From NCBI GenBank assembly GCA_002633005.1, contig NMRA01000174.1:158516-222515 (forward strand): 64,000 nt of DNA, in the 5' to 3' direction. The notes below the pieces were generated by a model. The model worked only from the letters and a program-made list of their open reading frames with translations, did not search any database and was not told the DNA's origin. The position numbers were made by a program, and so were the translations under genes. Positions within the stretch are counted from its first letter, which is position 1. Every line of letters starts with the position of its first letter. This DNA comes from Phoronis australis (lineage: Eukaryota; Animalia; Phoronida). This document shows positions 38,273 through 52,639 of this stretch, piece by piece.

Positions 38273-40290
38273 GCCTTCCAAATAGTCGGCTATATAAAGT
38301 CTAAGCAGAGTGAAAACAGCAACCTGTGAACGAATATAGATGAACAAGTTTTGCAAAACAACAATATTAATTATATTTATTATGTCTGACAAATAAATAG
38401 GATGAACAGTTTGAAAACTGCTTTAATTTGTTCATTCAGATGTTGGATACGGTAATTTTTTTCGAAGTCAAGCAAAAATAAAGAACTGTCATTTCCCATT
38501 TTTCAAAACCTCAGTACATTCCTAAAAATATTCAAAACATCAATATCTGCTGGTTGGTGATATCTGTACAATAAAAACTGAGGTGGAAGAAAAGGAGAGG
38601 GAGCAAAGGCCCCTAATCATGGAGCACTGAATCAACCAGAAAAAAATAGCCAAAATGATCGTGACCCAGAAGGGGAGGCGGGTTACATATTTGTTCCACC
38701 CCTACTTTTCCCAATTAGAGAAATCTGTTGAAATTGTTGTACTCTTTCACCATTTTGTGCTCTAAGGCTTTGCAGTGATTGCTCACCTGAGGTGAACTAG
38801 TAAATAAGAACTTAAGGCCACTCAATCTACAAGTCCAGTCTTACAAAGTTACTCAGTCAAAAGCTGTTAATTCTGTCACAATGGAAAGCTGGAAATTCAT
38901 TGGTAAGTGCAAGTGACATGTGGTCATTCTTCATTTATTTAGCACAAAATATGGCTGACAAGAGAAATTCTATTTTGTCAAATTTATTCTCAAAAATACA
39001 TATTAAGAAAAATTTAGTCTAATTCCAAATATGGTTTGTAATGTGCAGATGTCACAAAACAAAATTCGATAGTCTCCACCATTTGCAGCAAAGTAATCAG
39101 CCTCTGAAAAATGGAAAATGACAACTTTGGCAATTATCTTTTGTGTGGAATAAGTCGAGAATTACAGTAACAGTCCCAGCTACAGAAATGCATGCACACA
39201 AGAAGCGACAAAAGACACTCGGCTTATGTATGCTCCCCAGGTTGGTGAACATCACTACAAGACGGACAAAATACTGTTTTCCTTGTCATGACAGCTACAA
39301 GAAGCAAAATTCGCACAAAATGGCTTAGATACCTTACTAACTTTACTGGCAATTCCCCCTCATGAGGAAAGACTACTTTGACGATGAATTTAGCTTCCGT
39401 CCAGCTGTCATGACTAGGAATTCTGGGTCATTTTGTCAGTATACTTTTTGCATGTACTGCGTCTGTTCATATAATAATTAATTAGCCATTCGTAATTAAC
39501 ACCACCTAGAGCATACCAAGTCTCTTAATATTTGAATCATGTTCATAAGTACCTAACTGGTACCTCAGTAACAATAGGCCAGTCCTGAATTAAACTGTAC
39601 TCTTTCTTAGAAGAAAAATGCATTGCATGACTGGCCGACTTTTCAAAATGTCAGGCACAAGGGAAGAACAATACATGGCACATCCAGCATTGGCATTTCC
39701 ATTTTTTGTTGATTTATTTGTGCCCACATTGCTTTTCAAAATGCAATGCACGTTTGCCTGCATTACAATGATAAATCAGGATATGTGACTTGCATGTAAA
39801 AAAGCAGGACAAGTGCTTGACACATACTGCATTGTGGGTAAATACTTTAGCATGTAAGCGATGCTCCACCATTTCAGGACGGGCTTATTGCACTAATGTG
39901 AAAACGGCTCTCAAGTCAAAGAAACAGCAATTCTTAGCATTACATCTTCAAATTCCATTCCACAGATAACATTAAAAATCTCAATTTAGCTTTCTAAAGG
40001 CCAATTTAAAAGAGGCATTACTGGAAACATGTGGCAGTGGTTTAATTTGTAAAGTACATTTAAAACCAATTTATAGAGTAAAATTTCACAACAAATACAA
40101 AATCTATGTTTGCTTCTGACAAAGAATATAACATATAAAAACCACCTATGTCTATGCTTGCCATTCACATATGAAATTCCATTGTGTTAAAAAATTATAC
40201 ATAATATTCCACTGTGTTTACCATTTTGAAAAAATATGCTAAAAATTAAGTTGATAGACAAAGATGAATTTGTTCATAGCAATTAAACAT

Positions 40291-43200
40291 TCACGTTTTC
40301 AAATCTTGTTTAAGAATCCATATATCATCATCGTCTTGAGAAACATGAATTATAGGAATAGTATTAGCACCTTTTACTGCCACCAATTCTGGGGTTTTCA
40401 TCTTATTGTTTTTAAAATCACAAGGGTACAAACCAGTATTGTTCTGCTTATCGTCTAGTGAAAGTTTCTTAGGCTGTGCAACGGCACAAGTCCTAAAGTC
40501 TCTCTGAAAGCTCACTATGAGATCCTTTCTTTCTAGGGAGTCATAGCGTGCATTGTTGTTAATAGGTGCTCTCTCGTCAGCTTTCACCGACTGATTTTGT
40601 TCCCTCACGTTTTTATCGTCAGCTGGTAGCAGTTCCAGTTCTTGACTTTCCACAGAAGCAGACGATTGAGGATTGGCACTAAAACTTGACGTGGAACAAG
40701 TAGAGTCTGACGGTGTGTACCTCGTTTTATCCTTCCGTTTATGATGGTGGTACTTTTTTGAACAACACTTCGAGGCAGGCCAATGAAACTGGCCAAAGCC
40801 TCCTTCCGGACCGCCAAATCTCAGAAGTGTTTGAAACAAAAAAGTAGCATACAGCCAACTGGTTGACATAATGACCATCAAAAACGTTCCTAGTTGACGA
40901 TACGCAAGAACTGTCGAAGGAAGCATGAGCATACCCGCAACAAATGTGGTGAATGCTGCCATGGTAACAGAAGAGCCAGTGCGGGATATAGAGGAAATTA
41001 TACGGTTTTCACGATCCAAGTCAGGCGACAGACGATAAGACATCCCATAATGCAAAGTGAAGTCTATCGACAGTCCGACAGCAACCGATAGAGTGACAGA
41101 CTCTAAAATGTTCAATTGCCAACCAAGCAGAACTAAGACTCCAACAGTTGTGGACAAAGTTAGTACAATGGTTATCACAGCATATATGGTGATGAGAACG
41201 TTCAGTGTTGTCACAAATAACACCACGGTGGCAATAGAAATGGCAATGACCATTGCTAGTGGTGTTCCATGCAAAAGATGTTCCTGTAAATCATAAAACT
41301 TCAATCCACTATTGAACCATCCATTTCTCATGCCAGGTGGCGCACTGTGCATCTGAGACGACAAGAATTGGTTGACTTCTTTGTAAAATAAATCCATATC
41401 TTGATGAGAGAATGAAAATGTTTGGTTACTGAAGAATTGCACAATTAGCGCAGCGATCCGAGACTGTCCATCTGTTGTGAAACGTAGTCCCGGATTTAAA
41501 CCGGCATAATAATGGTAAAACTTGGAATCCACCACTTTTGGCATCCAGACATTTATGCATTTTGTAAAGGTCTCACTGCTGTAGGGAAAATGTTTGTTTC
41601 TGCAACAAGGTTTTCCAATTTCACTGGAGCAGGGACTGGCCATAAACCTACGAAAGTGTTCTATGAAGCAGTTTGTTAACTCGAAGTTGAATGTGTTTTT
41701 GTACAGTCGGAATCGTCGAAGACTTCGACAGAATTTTTGCAGCCATGCCTGTGACCTTGGGTCTGCCATGTCAAAGGATGGGTCAAGTTTCAACTCCCCT
41801 GAGCTTGCGGGATTAAGCACATCTCTGTTATCAATTGGCAAGACACCCCAAACAAACGTGAGAGGAATACCTGTATACTCCTCTTTCTCCTTCTCAAAGT
41901 CAAACTTTTTCCGCACTTCCATATCATAAACTTCAAACGGGTGATCACTAGAGAAGACTTGAAGTGTTTCCGACGATGGCAGTTTAAGTTTCGGATGATA
42001 AAATGTTAAAATAAGTGAAATGGCGCTCAACGTAACAAGAAGGGCAAGCCAGAAGAAGCGTAATTTAATGACAAAGCATGGCAACAATTTCTCAAAGAAT
42101 ATTCGCGAGTACTCTGACAGATTGTGAACGACTTTACACGGCACTTCGAAAACGTAGCGAAACACATTGTCCTTCGATTGGTAGAACTCCGGGCCGTAGT
42201 AACATTGGCAACAGTTTAAAGAACACTTAGTATGAATGACGACAACAGCAGGAATCCATGTCACCATCAACAGGAAGTTCACCAATACAACTGTGCCTGT
42301 GTACAAACTGAAACACTTTAATGTTGTGATATTACTAATATAACCGGCATAAAATGCTGAAGCAGTCGTAAAACTAGTCACAAACATAGACAGCGCTGCA
42401 TGTTTCATGGTTGTAGAAATAATTTTTTCCAAAGTTTTTCCTTTTTTCTCGGATTTGGCTAGGCTCCATGCTTTTATATAAATGCAGATGTCGTCTGCTC
42501 CAATTCCTATGATCACTACGGCTGCCAGGAGGTTCATGAATGGGAAAAAGTTAATGTTGAATATGAAGGAGTAAATAAAATAGGCAAGCCATAACGACAA
42601 CGCCATGACAACAATGCTCATACATGTAACACAAAATGACGACGTATATATCCACAACAACACAAAAACAGCTGCCAACGCAACACAAAGCCAGACAGTA
42701 TCTTCCTGTAGAAATTCATCGAAAATTATGAACTTTATATCGAAATCGACAGCTGTGATTTCAGTTAAGTTATCCCGCCATGGACGCACTTTGTCAAATT
42801 CCCGATATAGTGCTATGCTTGCACTGCTGGCTGGAAAAGGTAGAAATGTGACTGAATGTGTTAAATGAGGTGAATTTGATGCGAGACTAGAGATGAATTC
42901 GCTATCCACAATGTATCTGAATATCTGCACTACAGCATTTTTTTCTTTACAATCCTGAGGCACCTTCTGGCATAGGTCCTTGCCATTGTTGTCAAAGCAA
43001 GTTTCAAGCAGCGTTGAATTAGCATAGTATATTGCACAGCTTTTCAGCAGACGTCCTACGCGTTTGACATCTGCCTCGTTGATCTCAGAACAGTTCTTCT
43101 TTTGATTCAGCATGGCAATGTAGTTACCTAAAGACCATCGTCGACAGCACGGTCCACTAGGTCCATCATCCGTTTGCTTGATACACTTGCTGCCATAAGA

Positions 43201-43313
43201 CGGCTGACGATTCAATAATGTCTGCTCCAAAGAACACATGGACAAAATGTGTTTGTAATCAAACAAGTTCGCTGATGTACGACTTTTGAACACTATTCGC
43301 GGGTAACCACTAC
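40291..43313 (-). CDS. disp: Dispatched, large terminal coding exon (rest of ECD1, SSD, ECD2, TM7-12, C-tail)
   Basis: The ORF has multiple TM helices, the TM4 motif GIGADD, the TM10 motif GLSIDF, and DISP-typical segments 'CCRRWSLGNYIAML', 'FFPFMNLLA', 'FVWGVLPIDN', 'APPGMRNGWF' and 'LGWQLNILES'. Acceptor cttctag|GT at 43313; the phase-1 junction matches the upstream exon (CGNPG|SGYPRIVF). Confidence 0.96.
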
Positions 43314-45033
43314 CTAGAAGTACAGAGTGTGGATGCAATGAGTAAATGGTTTTCAAAATGCAAATAAGTGTGTGACAATTAAAAACAGAGCAAAAAGGAT
43401 ATGTGGATACCCCTTTATCTGGCAAAAAAGCAAGAAATAATACCCAACAGTTTTGAACAAGCACTTGTCTCCGGGTCACCAAATTGTCCTTGCCGCCCCA
43501 GGATGCACACAGTTTAAGGCAATGATTTTATGTGGTATTGAATTTTTTGCATAATTGGTTGGCGCAAGCTGTTGCACTGCCTACACCATTGTACAAAACA
43601 CAAACAAAAAACTATAACTTCGTTTGTAACATACGACATCAAAAACATTTTCCCCAAGTCAAAATTTGACTTTCTTGTTGTGACCTAGTTGAAAATGATG
43701 TCACGAACACGAAATTCGACTGGTGCCTAGAGTTGCACATTACAAGTTATCAGCTAAAACCATGAGTGGGTGGATCACACAGTATGCTAATAAGGGCTGA
43801 TAATATAAAAGTGTAGGCATGACATGTTTATCTCTTTAAGCTGTTTTTATGCGGGCCTTTAAAACTGTATCAGTGAAGTTCAGATAACATCCGCTTAGAT
43901 CACACAACTCAAAATCCCCTAACGAAACTGATCAATCCACATAAATACCCACCATCAATAGCAGCATTCCAGACCAAATAGCAACTTTCAAATGGAAGTG
44001 AAAAAAATTGTCTACGTTTGACAAACATCATTTATATGTACAATGATGCCTCATGTGAATGCATTTCCATGATTTTCAACACCAAAACAAACAAGAATAC
44101 AAATTTTTGGGTAAATGGTACAAGATTTGTCCATTGTCAGCATGCCTCAAAGTTGATCTAAACAAGCCTTCAACCATAAAAAGCAACTTTTGATTTTGAC
44201 TACTTACTTTCATGAAAGTGGTCTCAAACTGTTCCTAAGTCAACCAGGCTTTCAAAGACAGTTTGTTATTGCTAGATACAAGCTCTACAAATTGGCTTCT
44301 CACGATATGTCATATTATGCGCTGAACAGGGTGGCAATGACAAACAAACAGCCAGTTATTTGTAAGAAATCCGTTTACATCTGTGTAAGGACTAAAATGA
44401 GACCAATTTTAAAACGGTAAGTGGGTTAAACCAAAAGTTTGCCTCTTTGACACAACAGGGGTATATATCCACTATAAATACCACTTCCGTGGTTAGGCAA
44501 GCTTAGACAGTTGCATGCTCCATGCTACAATCATTACATTTTAAGTCTCAGTTTCGTCGCTAAATATTCTAAGGTTTTTAATTAAAATTAAGTTTGTTTT
44601 CCTTCCTGCAACCGATTGACAATGCATGCTCAAATATCTTATTTACTATCTGACAAAAGTTCAGTGGCACCAACTATTAACAGTGGATAATGGGAACGAT
44701 TTCAAAAATTTCCAAGATGGAGCATTACATTTTTCATACATAAATGCTGTAATAATCGTACGAAGTATATAACATACGACACATAAATTTAAATATCTTA
44801 TAAATCAACCTTAACCCAGCAGCATTTTGAAATCTCACCTATTGTTAATGGTCAAATTTTTTCAAAACAAAATATACATGTTGGTAACTATTGTATGGAA
44901 CTTGAACATGGAAAAGCATTACGGATTTGGTGAGACATATCTTTCACGGAATAATGATAAGTAAATTTTCACTTGTTGGCCATGTTGTGTCTTAAATTGG
45001 GGAGATTTTAACGTACTGTCCTTACAAACTTAC

Positions 45034-45253
45034 CAGGGTTTCCACAGAAATATCCCCTTTCTACCAAGTCTGTCACATCGGTGTTGTTCTCGGTGTTACG
45101 GTCATACTGCCAAGTAGCTCGAGGCCCTGGTTGAATGGTGGTTGGGCGAGGCGATACGCTTAGCAGGTTGCTATGGTCAAGCCCTGTCTTGTCTGCCAGG
45201 AGATACCACTGCAGGTACGTGCCCGAGATCTTAGTCCCACTGGTCTCAAAACC
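45034..45253 (-). CDS. disp: Dispatched internal exon (GFETSGT...GYFCGNP)
   Basis: Acceptor tttgccacag|GGT, donor CCTG|gtaagt; 220 nt, phase 0 to 1. GFETSGTKIS matches the DISP GFEPRGT-type motif and YFCGNP matches the FFCxxP motif. Confidence 0.93.
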
Positions 45254-48200
45254 CTGTGGCAAAATGGAAGCGACATTCACAGGAAGTACCATAAAGGATT
45301 GTGGTAAATTTGACTTTCTTCTCTAAAGTCTTGTAGACTGTTTTCCACTACTAGGTAACAATAAGCATAAAGATACTACAAAAAGTTAACTATACACAAT
45401 TTCATGCCTTAACGGCAGATTGGAAGACATTTAATAAATTCATAAGTTCGTTTGATGAAACTTTAACAGCAAAAATAATTGTCCTGGATTATCTGGTCTA
45501 AGCATTTCCGAGAATAAATTACCCAAACCTGACGATATATTGAGTTCACATTATAGCTGTGCTTTGCGTACCATAAAAGGGAGGACAATCTTCCACCACT
45601 ATGAATAGCCTTGGATTCACACAGACATTAACAGCATTTTTCGTCTCATGAGCTGTTATATTTTTCATTGCACAGCCAATTCTATTATTACCAACACATT
45701 TCTTTACCTATGAACCTCAGATCTTTACACTCTCTGACTGAAGGTACAAGTTACATGGTGTTAGATGCCATGCAGCTGATGCTTGGCATAATGTGTAACA
45801 TGAGTTTATATACCAAAATTAATCTTCACAAGGGGAGAACCAATTAATAGTGCATGACATAAGACCAGGAGCTTGTGAGAAAAGAATTACATTCACGGCA
45901 AAAAGGTACGTAAATGAGAACATCCTTCCGGCTATGAGGGAAAAAGATTGTTTAAACTGCGTTAGATAGAACTCTGTGTTTACTGAAAGTGTACTATTAG
46001 CCCCCATCTCCAATAACAGATGGTGCAGAATATCCTCTTAAAAGCTAAAATAGACAAGTTTACCCAGTTCAACCCACTTCAACACAGCTGTGAATCTAAA
46101 CCAGCATAACAACAGCAACTCCTAATGATGTAACATTTTTGAGTGAAGTGTTGAAGATTAAAGTTATATTGAGCACTGCTTCAGGGGAGAAAACAACAAG
46201 TGATAGTGACTAATACACATTACTTAACAATATCATTTTTTGTGACTGCTCTGATTTTTTGTGACACATCCCATAATTAAATCAAAATATTCAACACACG
46301 CCATATTACCGAGACAGGGTTCAAAACAGCTTTAAAACCTATTAATTTTCTTCTCATTGGAGTAACAGTGACCACAACATGTAATCAGTACCAGGAAATT
46401 ATCACGGCTATGTAAGGTTTATATCATTATATCACATGTGAGGTTTATATCACATAAATTTGGGCCTTTAAATTTCAGATACAATTCCCTAAACACAGTC
46501 TAACTCCTGGAATTAAAGTTTGACCCCTGAGTATGTTACTTACGGTGCATGGGGAATTTAGGGGTGTTATCCGGTGTTTGCTGGTCTGGGGGTGTTTGTT
46601 GGTCTGAGAACGTGACTTAAGAGATTGTAGCTGGAATTTAGAGGCATGTATTTTTGCTCGTTTCCATGGCAATCACAAGTCTCGATTTCAGCAAGACTTT
46701 TTTTGGTCACAAAACCACTTATGTCCTTTAAAGATTCCTTTTACCAAGGATATCCAATCTCTTTGTTTTGTGTGTATCAGAACTGTATTTTACTAAATTA
46801 TCTCAAGTATCTATTGTGCGAAATGATTATACAATATCCATCCGTTTTAAGGAAATCCATAACGCACTTGTTACTTGAAAGGTCATGGCCTTGTACAAAC
46901 ACTAAAAATGTGTATAAGAGTTACATTTCATAGTTTGCTCACTAGATGTCTCTTCAAAATTGTTGAGTTCACTTCATATGGCACCAAAGCTGACAATGAG
47001 TGTCTTATCAAATTTGAGGAGCCAGGAAATTTAAAACAAAAGACTTCATTCTTATTTTAGGACATACGATAATGATGGGATAAAGTGCGATAGCATGACG
47101 ACATATTTGAGTGCAACCTGACAAAATATGTGTTATTTTTATGAAGGCATGTAATTTTATTAATTCATTCATTTATTCACCATGTACCATAAAATAGACT
47201 GAAAACGAGACAGGTGCGGTCAAACTGATCACATTTTTGCCACTTCAAAGAAAATCTAGAATACATTTAATACACTTTATAACAGATGTTTTCCTGGTAT
47301 TAAAACCTGATAACTGACAAAGTACGTATGTGCTATTTTTAGCAGACTCATCAAGTTTTTGACCAAATTCATTGTGTTAATGTGTTCTAAGAATAGGTTG
47401 CAGCAGTTTTAATCTAGAAAAATCACCAATAAAAGAAGTAATGGAATAGCGTTTATTGCCCTGCTTGTAATGTGAGATATTAGACTAATGTAGGTTTACA
47501 AATGACCAACTACACCCACAAAACCTAAATGCTCATTTCTTGATAAAAATTGAGATTAATGAAGTTTACAGGATAGACAAAGGTTTTGTGGGATGACCAG
47601 TTATTAGTATGGAAAACAAGGGGTGGGCAGGTGCTTGACCTAACCTGCCCAACTGCCCTGGCCATCTACGACCTTCAAGACTGAAGTATGCAGACCTGAA
47701 GTTTAAAGAATTTGTTGCGATGCTACTTACCAATGAAAAAGCTGAATCATCACTCCCTAACCAACATATGTATTCGAATACCAAATTACCGCACACAACT
47801 CAAAAAAGGAGAAAACACACTTAGTAAAAATACCCGCAAAAAATCAAGGACTGACATGCTGCTTGACTGTGATCAAAGATGCATAGTTATGTACTTCTCA
47901 GCACAAACTCCCTCTTTTGTCTGCAGTTCAAATTTTGCATCAAAAAACTTCTTGTGTGCCTTGGATGAATGACAATTGATGCAAGGGAACCATGCACTGC
48001 AAATTCTACAATAAAAAATCTTGTACATTTGCTTATGTACTCATTCTTGGGACTGAATTCATGCCACACATGAAAAAGTAAGCTATTCACAAAATATCAG
48101 GTGATGAGATCATGTCCATCACTTCAGATGTAAACAACGCCAGGACCTGTGTTTCAAGACAGAATGAAAAGACATGTTCTTCGGAAAGTAAAATTGTTGC

Positions 48201-48801
48201 ACTATAGACTGAGAGTCTGTGGTTGACTGTAATCTCGCAAGGTGTAAATTTCAATAACACAGCCATTTGTTATGATAGTCTAATGCAGAAGAGGCAGAAT
48301 ATGATATCTTATTGTCTACAGCTTCAACCATTACTATAGTGACTCAAAAATCTATCCAGTTTTCACATATGAAAGTGGAAAATTAATTTGGTGAATCATG
48401 CTAGTCTGAACAGCAAGCACGAAATAGAAAATTTTCAAGAGTGGGGAAAGGGAGCTTACCAGAGCATGAACGTTAACCCAGTTGATTAGGTTAGACCAAG
48501 ACAAAATGAAACTAGCACAAATCACCACTGAATCATGAAACAACTCCATTTGGTCCATGGTGTTATTTATTTATTTATTTATTATTGTGATACTTAAAAT
48601 GAGGGTGGCGTCTTCAGTGACAGCACTGCTTTCCAAGAGGGCCACGTGCCATTAGGAATGCTAAAGAACCACCCCAAAACAAGAACCTAATGCACTGATT
48701 TCCTAAGATGTTAACTTTCCCGTTTGCACACAAGAAAGATCTGCAAACCTTCGCTTTTAACAGAATGATCAAATTGTTTTGATCAATGACGCAACACTCA
48801 C

Positions 48802-48925
48802 CACTTTTGGATTTGAGAAATCGGGCAGTGTACCAGCAATGAAGGTGACAATCAGACACGCAGTGGAGACGACGACAACGACCAAGATGATGATCAAGGG
48901 GTATTGGCTGAGGAAACGAGAGTAC
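48802..48925 (-). CDS. disp: Dispatched exon encoding TM1 (YSRFLSQYPLIIILVVVVVSTACLIVTFIAGTLPDFSNPKV)
   Basis: Acceptor tctattgcag|G, donor GTG|gtgagt; 124 nt, phase 2 to 0. Joining to the next exon gives LPDFSNPKV|GFETSGT, the DISP 'LPDFSDP..GFE' signature. Confidence 0.93.
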
Positions 48926-49840
48926 CTGCAATAGACAACAGGGGGCATTAATTGTGTGGCAAATTGTCCTAGGGTGCTAGGTGACCAGTAAAAGCACCAG
49001 GAAGTATTTACAAGACAAAAGCAATCAGACAAAATGCCATTTCCCCCATCATCATAATTAATTCTGTTAACATCAAATTTCAACGGCTTAAGGTTATCTC
49101 AAACCTTCTTGTAGTGGCCTCCATTCTAATTCGTAAAGCAAAAAAACAGGCTTTGTCAACTATTAGAAGTATAAATTTTCTGAAAGAAAAAAATCACTGA
49201 TCACAATTATGCTTTATACTTATGTGCCATTATTATTTTTACTGCATAAACACCTTTTTAAGTCAAAATTTCATTTTTAAGAAAGGTACAATCATACCAA
49301 AATATGCCTTCCAGTGATTTTAATGAAACACCAGTTATCTCAAAAACACTGTGAACAATTTTTTATTAGTGCTTTAGTTTGGTTTCTATGACAAATCAAC
49401 TCGCAAAACCTATGGTATTCATCTTTGTTACATTATGCAAAAACAATTGCAGTAGTATAAATGACACTCAACATGCAATCAAGTCCCAAACATAACATCT
49501 GGAACAAAACTGTTAATTATATGACACTTCTGTCTCAGTTTTCAATTGCTAAATATTATATTGTCTGCAACTGACTCTGACTACAATATCAAATCTTATT
49601 TACTTATTTTCAGGAGATGTTACAAGTTCAATGCACAGTTACTATCGTTTTCATCTTTGTTATCTCTTTTCAAGTAATAGATCATTACATTTCACTAGAG
49701 AAAACTTGTAACCCAGACAAGTACATACATATAGGATGTGATCTGCCACCTGAACAGTCTGGGTGAAATATTTAAAAAATCTGCCAAAAAATGAAGAAAA
49801 CTTAGAAATGCAAAGCGTATTTGATAAATACAAAACATAC

Positions 49841-49940
49841 CTGGATTGGCATAGATGAAGTTATAACCCATTCCTTCGACCCCGGTCGATACGCGGAATA
49901 ACGTCTCGTGGGATATTACTTCATCTACGCCACTCTCAGT
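49841..49940. repeat. About 100-bp imperfect palindrome (mini-MITE)
   Basis: TGGCATAGATGAAGT ... ACTTCATCTACGCCA. Confidence 0.5.
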
Positions 49941-51572
49941 AAGATTTGTGTATATATTTCATAACTGAAGTTCCCAGAAAATGACGATAAGGTATTTTGC
50001 TAGACATACATGAAATATTGTAAAAAGGGCCCATTTTTGCGAATAAGTTTGAGATATCCTTAACCACCTCACTAACTGTACTATTAACTCCCTTTCAATC
50101 TCAGTCATGAGGCAAGACTGCTCTGACCATGAATTCGGCTTCTGCCCAGCCATTATGATAAGGAATTCTAGGTCATTTTGTCAGAATACTTGTGGCTTGT
50201 ACTGTACTTGGTAGGCCAAAAATAGTGGGTATAACATCCGTCTGCTATCTGGTCAGAGTTGTCTCTACAAAGTTTTGTGTCATAACGCAAAGTTGTCGTG
50301 AGGACTAGATTGGGACCTCAGGGGTCTCACGCTCCACCGGCTAATTTGAAAAGGCTTTGTCCAGTCACGCGTTGTGGGTAATAAATCGAGATAATGATAC
50401 CAACAGCCGACGCGACAAGCAGAACTACTTTATTTTACTTCATTTGTGCACTAACTGGAGAAATTTAGAATTAGACTTTTAAACACTATCCGATCTTCAA
50501 CTTTTTTCGGGAGACTTAAATCTCAATGTAGTTTGCGCAAAGACGNTCTGCTTTTAAGGGATTAAAATCCCTTACTCCTTAATTCATCCAATTTTTGAGG
50601 GGTTTTCCTAGGCTGTCGTTTCGCAGGGAACCATTGCAGTGATTTGTCACTTAACTATGGCAACCTGATTTTTAGGGAGATCAAATGCTACATGAAATTC
50701 AACACGTAGAAAGATACCACACTTTTGAAAAATTTATTTGAGTAAAGTCTGTCACGAGTTAATTTTAAAAGAATGTTTAAAGACATATTTCATATGTTCA
50801 AATCTCAGCCAGTTCAAAATTTAATAAATTTTGCAGTTGTCAGTAATCTGACACATTTCAAGAAAATTCCGTTTTTCCAAACTGAAATCGGTACTGATTT
50901 TAAAAAGGAAGTGAATTAGCAATAGCCATTTACAGTATCCTGAATTTAGAAAAACAGTTTGACGGCAGTTATTGAGAAAACTACGTCTCAAAATGCAGGC
51001 TCTCTATAAGTGACTATTATGAAAAAATACTAAATCAGCAGTTCAAGGAATATTTTGTGGCCCATTTTCCTTTTTAACACTGGTAGCAAAGCAATCGTGG
51101 TTGCACCTTTTGGACTGGCTTCAGTAGTCAACTGACACCACAGTTATCCCAGGTTGATGTTAAGGTCACCAAAGTATGGCAGTTGCAGTATGGCATTCCA
51201 AAAACAGTTTGCAGTCATTTTTTAAATGTGAAGTATCTTATATTGTTTAGATAATAAATGAAGTGCACATAGCTATAAAATAGTAAATATTGTAATGAAA
51301 TAATATAAAATTATAACATGAAACGTGATGTTATTGTCTGCGATAACCCAAATGACTTGAAACTTAAAATTTCACATTGCATCGAAGCGTCATTGCTCCG
51401 CTCTTAAAATCCACCTCTTTACTGACATCTTAACTTCGATCCAAGACTGAAGTAAACTATTCATACAGATGGGCACTCCCCAAAATACTGATGTGACATC
51501 GCTATGAAATGCGTTCAGTCTTAGGTGTCAGAATTCCACATTTCTTTAGTAAAGGTATACTTCAGACAACTA

Positions 51573-51729
51573 CCGTAAACTCGAGGGTTAACACCCATGC
51601 ATGGGTAATCGCCCATCCCCGTCTTTTTGCCAATCTTTGGTTTAAGCAGCCACTACTTGGGTAGTCGCCCACCCCCGTCTCAGGGTTTCCCAATTTAAGC
51701 ACCCAGGGCGTTAATCCGTGAGTTTGCGG
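51573..51729. mobile_element. Tc1/mariner-pogo-type MITE (TA TSD)
   Basis: ta|CCGTAAACTC ... GAGTTTGCGG|ta, with internal CACCCA repeats. Confidence 0.75.
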
Positions 51730-51891
51730 TATCGCACAATCCCAGGACAAAAACAATAATTTTGGCTACAACAAGATATGGCTTTGAAAGCTGAGTACCT
51801 TACCACTGGCAAAAAAGATGGAACTTATGACCCACTGGCAAAGCACCTAACACACTGACGGTAGAAAAACTTTGATATTACTTGAATGAAA

Positions 51892-52190
51892 TTACCCATG
51901 GCAAATGATGTCGCATGGATTTCGCAAGCTATTGTTTAACTTGCGAGATCCATGCGACAGGCGTAAGTGCGTCGCATGGTTATCACCTATGGGACGCTAC
52001 CATTGTTTTCTTCCTATGTTGCGTCTTTGTTCAAAATAACAACGCAGGTTGCACGGATATCGTACCAGCAAGATACCAATAAATGATTACCATTATCTTT
52101 ATTATAAGAAAGAAAAACAAAGTGAACAATGGATACGCCTATCTACCGATATCTATGTGACAAGCTAGCGCCCTAGTTTCCCATGGGTAA
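51892..52190. mobile_element. MITE with TTACCCATGG/CCATGGGTAA ends
   Basis: Terminal inverted repeat plus internal inverted GTCGCATGGAT..CGCAAG / CTTGCG..ATCCATGCGAC. Confidence 0.7.
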
Positions 52191-52639
52191 GATTAGATGA
52201 GCAAAGCTTGGTTGATATGTTGCCTAACTCGACCAGACAGGATTACACCACAGAAAAGTTTCAGCTGTTGACTTCTGACTGCTGTTAAGAAGATGTAGCG
52301 CTCATCAATGATGATGGTAATTTACCGTACCAATATATATTTCCACACAACAAGAAACTATTACTCCCAATCATGCATACGAATCATGTGAGTAAATGGC
52401 AATCTTGGTGAACAGCTTTCTAGTCGGCCAATCAACCAAAACAAATTGCCAATTATCCTGGAAACATTAAATGTGTCAAGGGCACTTATTGCCGAGGCTT
52501 TGAGAACAAGACCTCGTTGGTCTTGGTGTTTTTTATTTTCAACACCATACTTCGCATGATAGACTGCCACCCAAGAATAGTGAAACTGATATTGACATTT
52601 CTCCTTGTTCCAGACCTCACATTTGAGCACCATGAAAAT

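Noticed and set aside
39713-39718. Minus-strand AATAAA as the Dispatched poly(A) signal
   Set aside because: Plausible position about 570 nt after the stop, but the hexamer is too common in this AT-rich DNA to call without transcript data.
40605-42868. Short ORFs overlapping the Dispatched exon
   Set aside because: Antisense or alternate-frame shadows of a real CDS.
43314-43482. N-terminal 56 aa of the 1063-aa ORF (MVTRRQVL...)
   Set aside because: Open intron sequence upstream of the acceptor at 43313; DISP homology continues in the 45034-45253 exon.
49835-49870. CCAG|gtatgt donor as Dispatched first exon
   Set aside because: The needed phase-2 frame has a TAA with no ATG after it, and the site overlaps a palindromic repeat.
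50546-50546. Single N base
   Set aside because: Assembly ambiguity; no biological inference is possible.
51797-51850. TG|gtaagg donor giving W-Y-S-R in Dispatched
   Set aside because: No in-frame ATG nearby, locally duplicated sequence between MITEs; weaker than the 63765 candidate.
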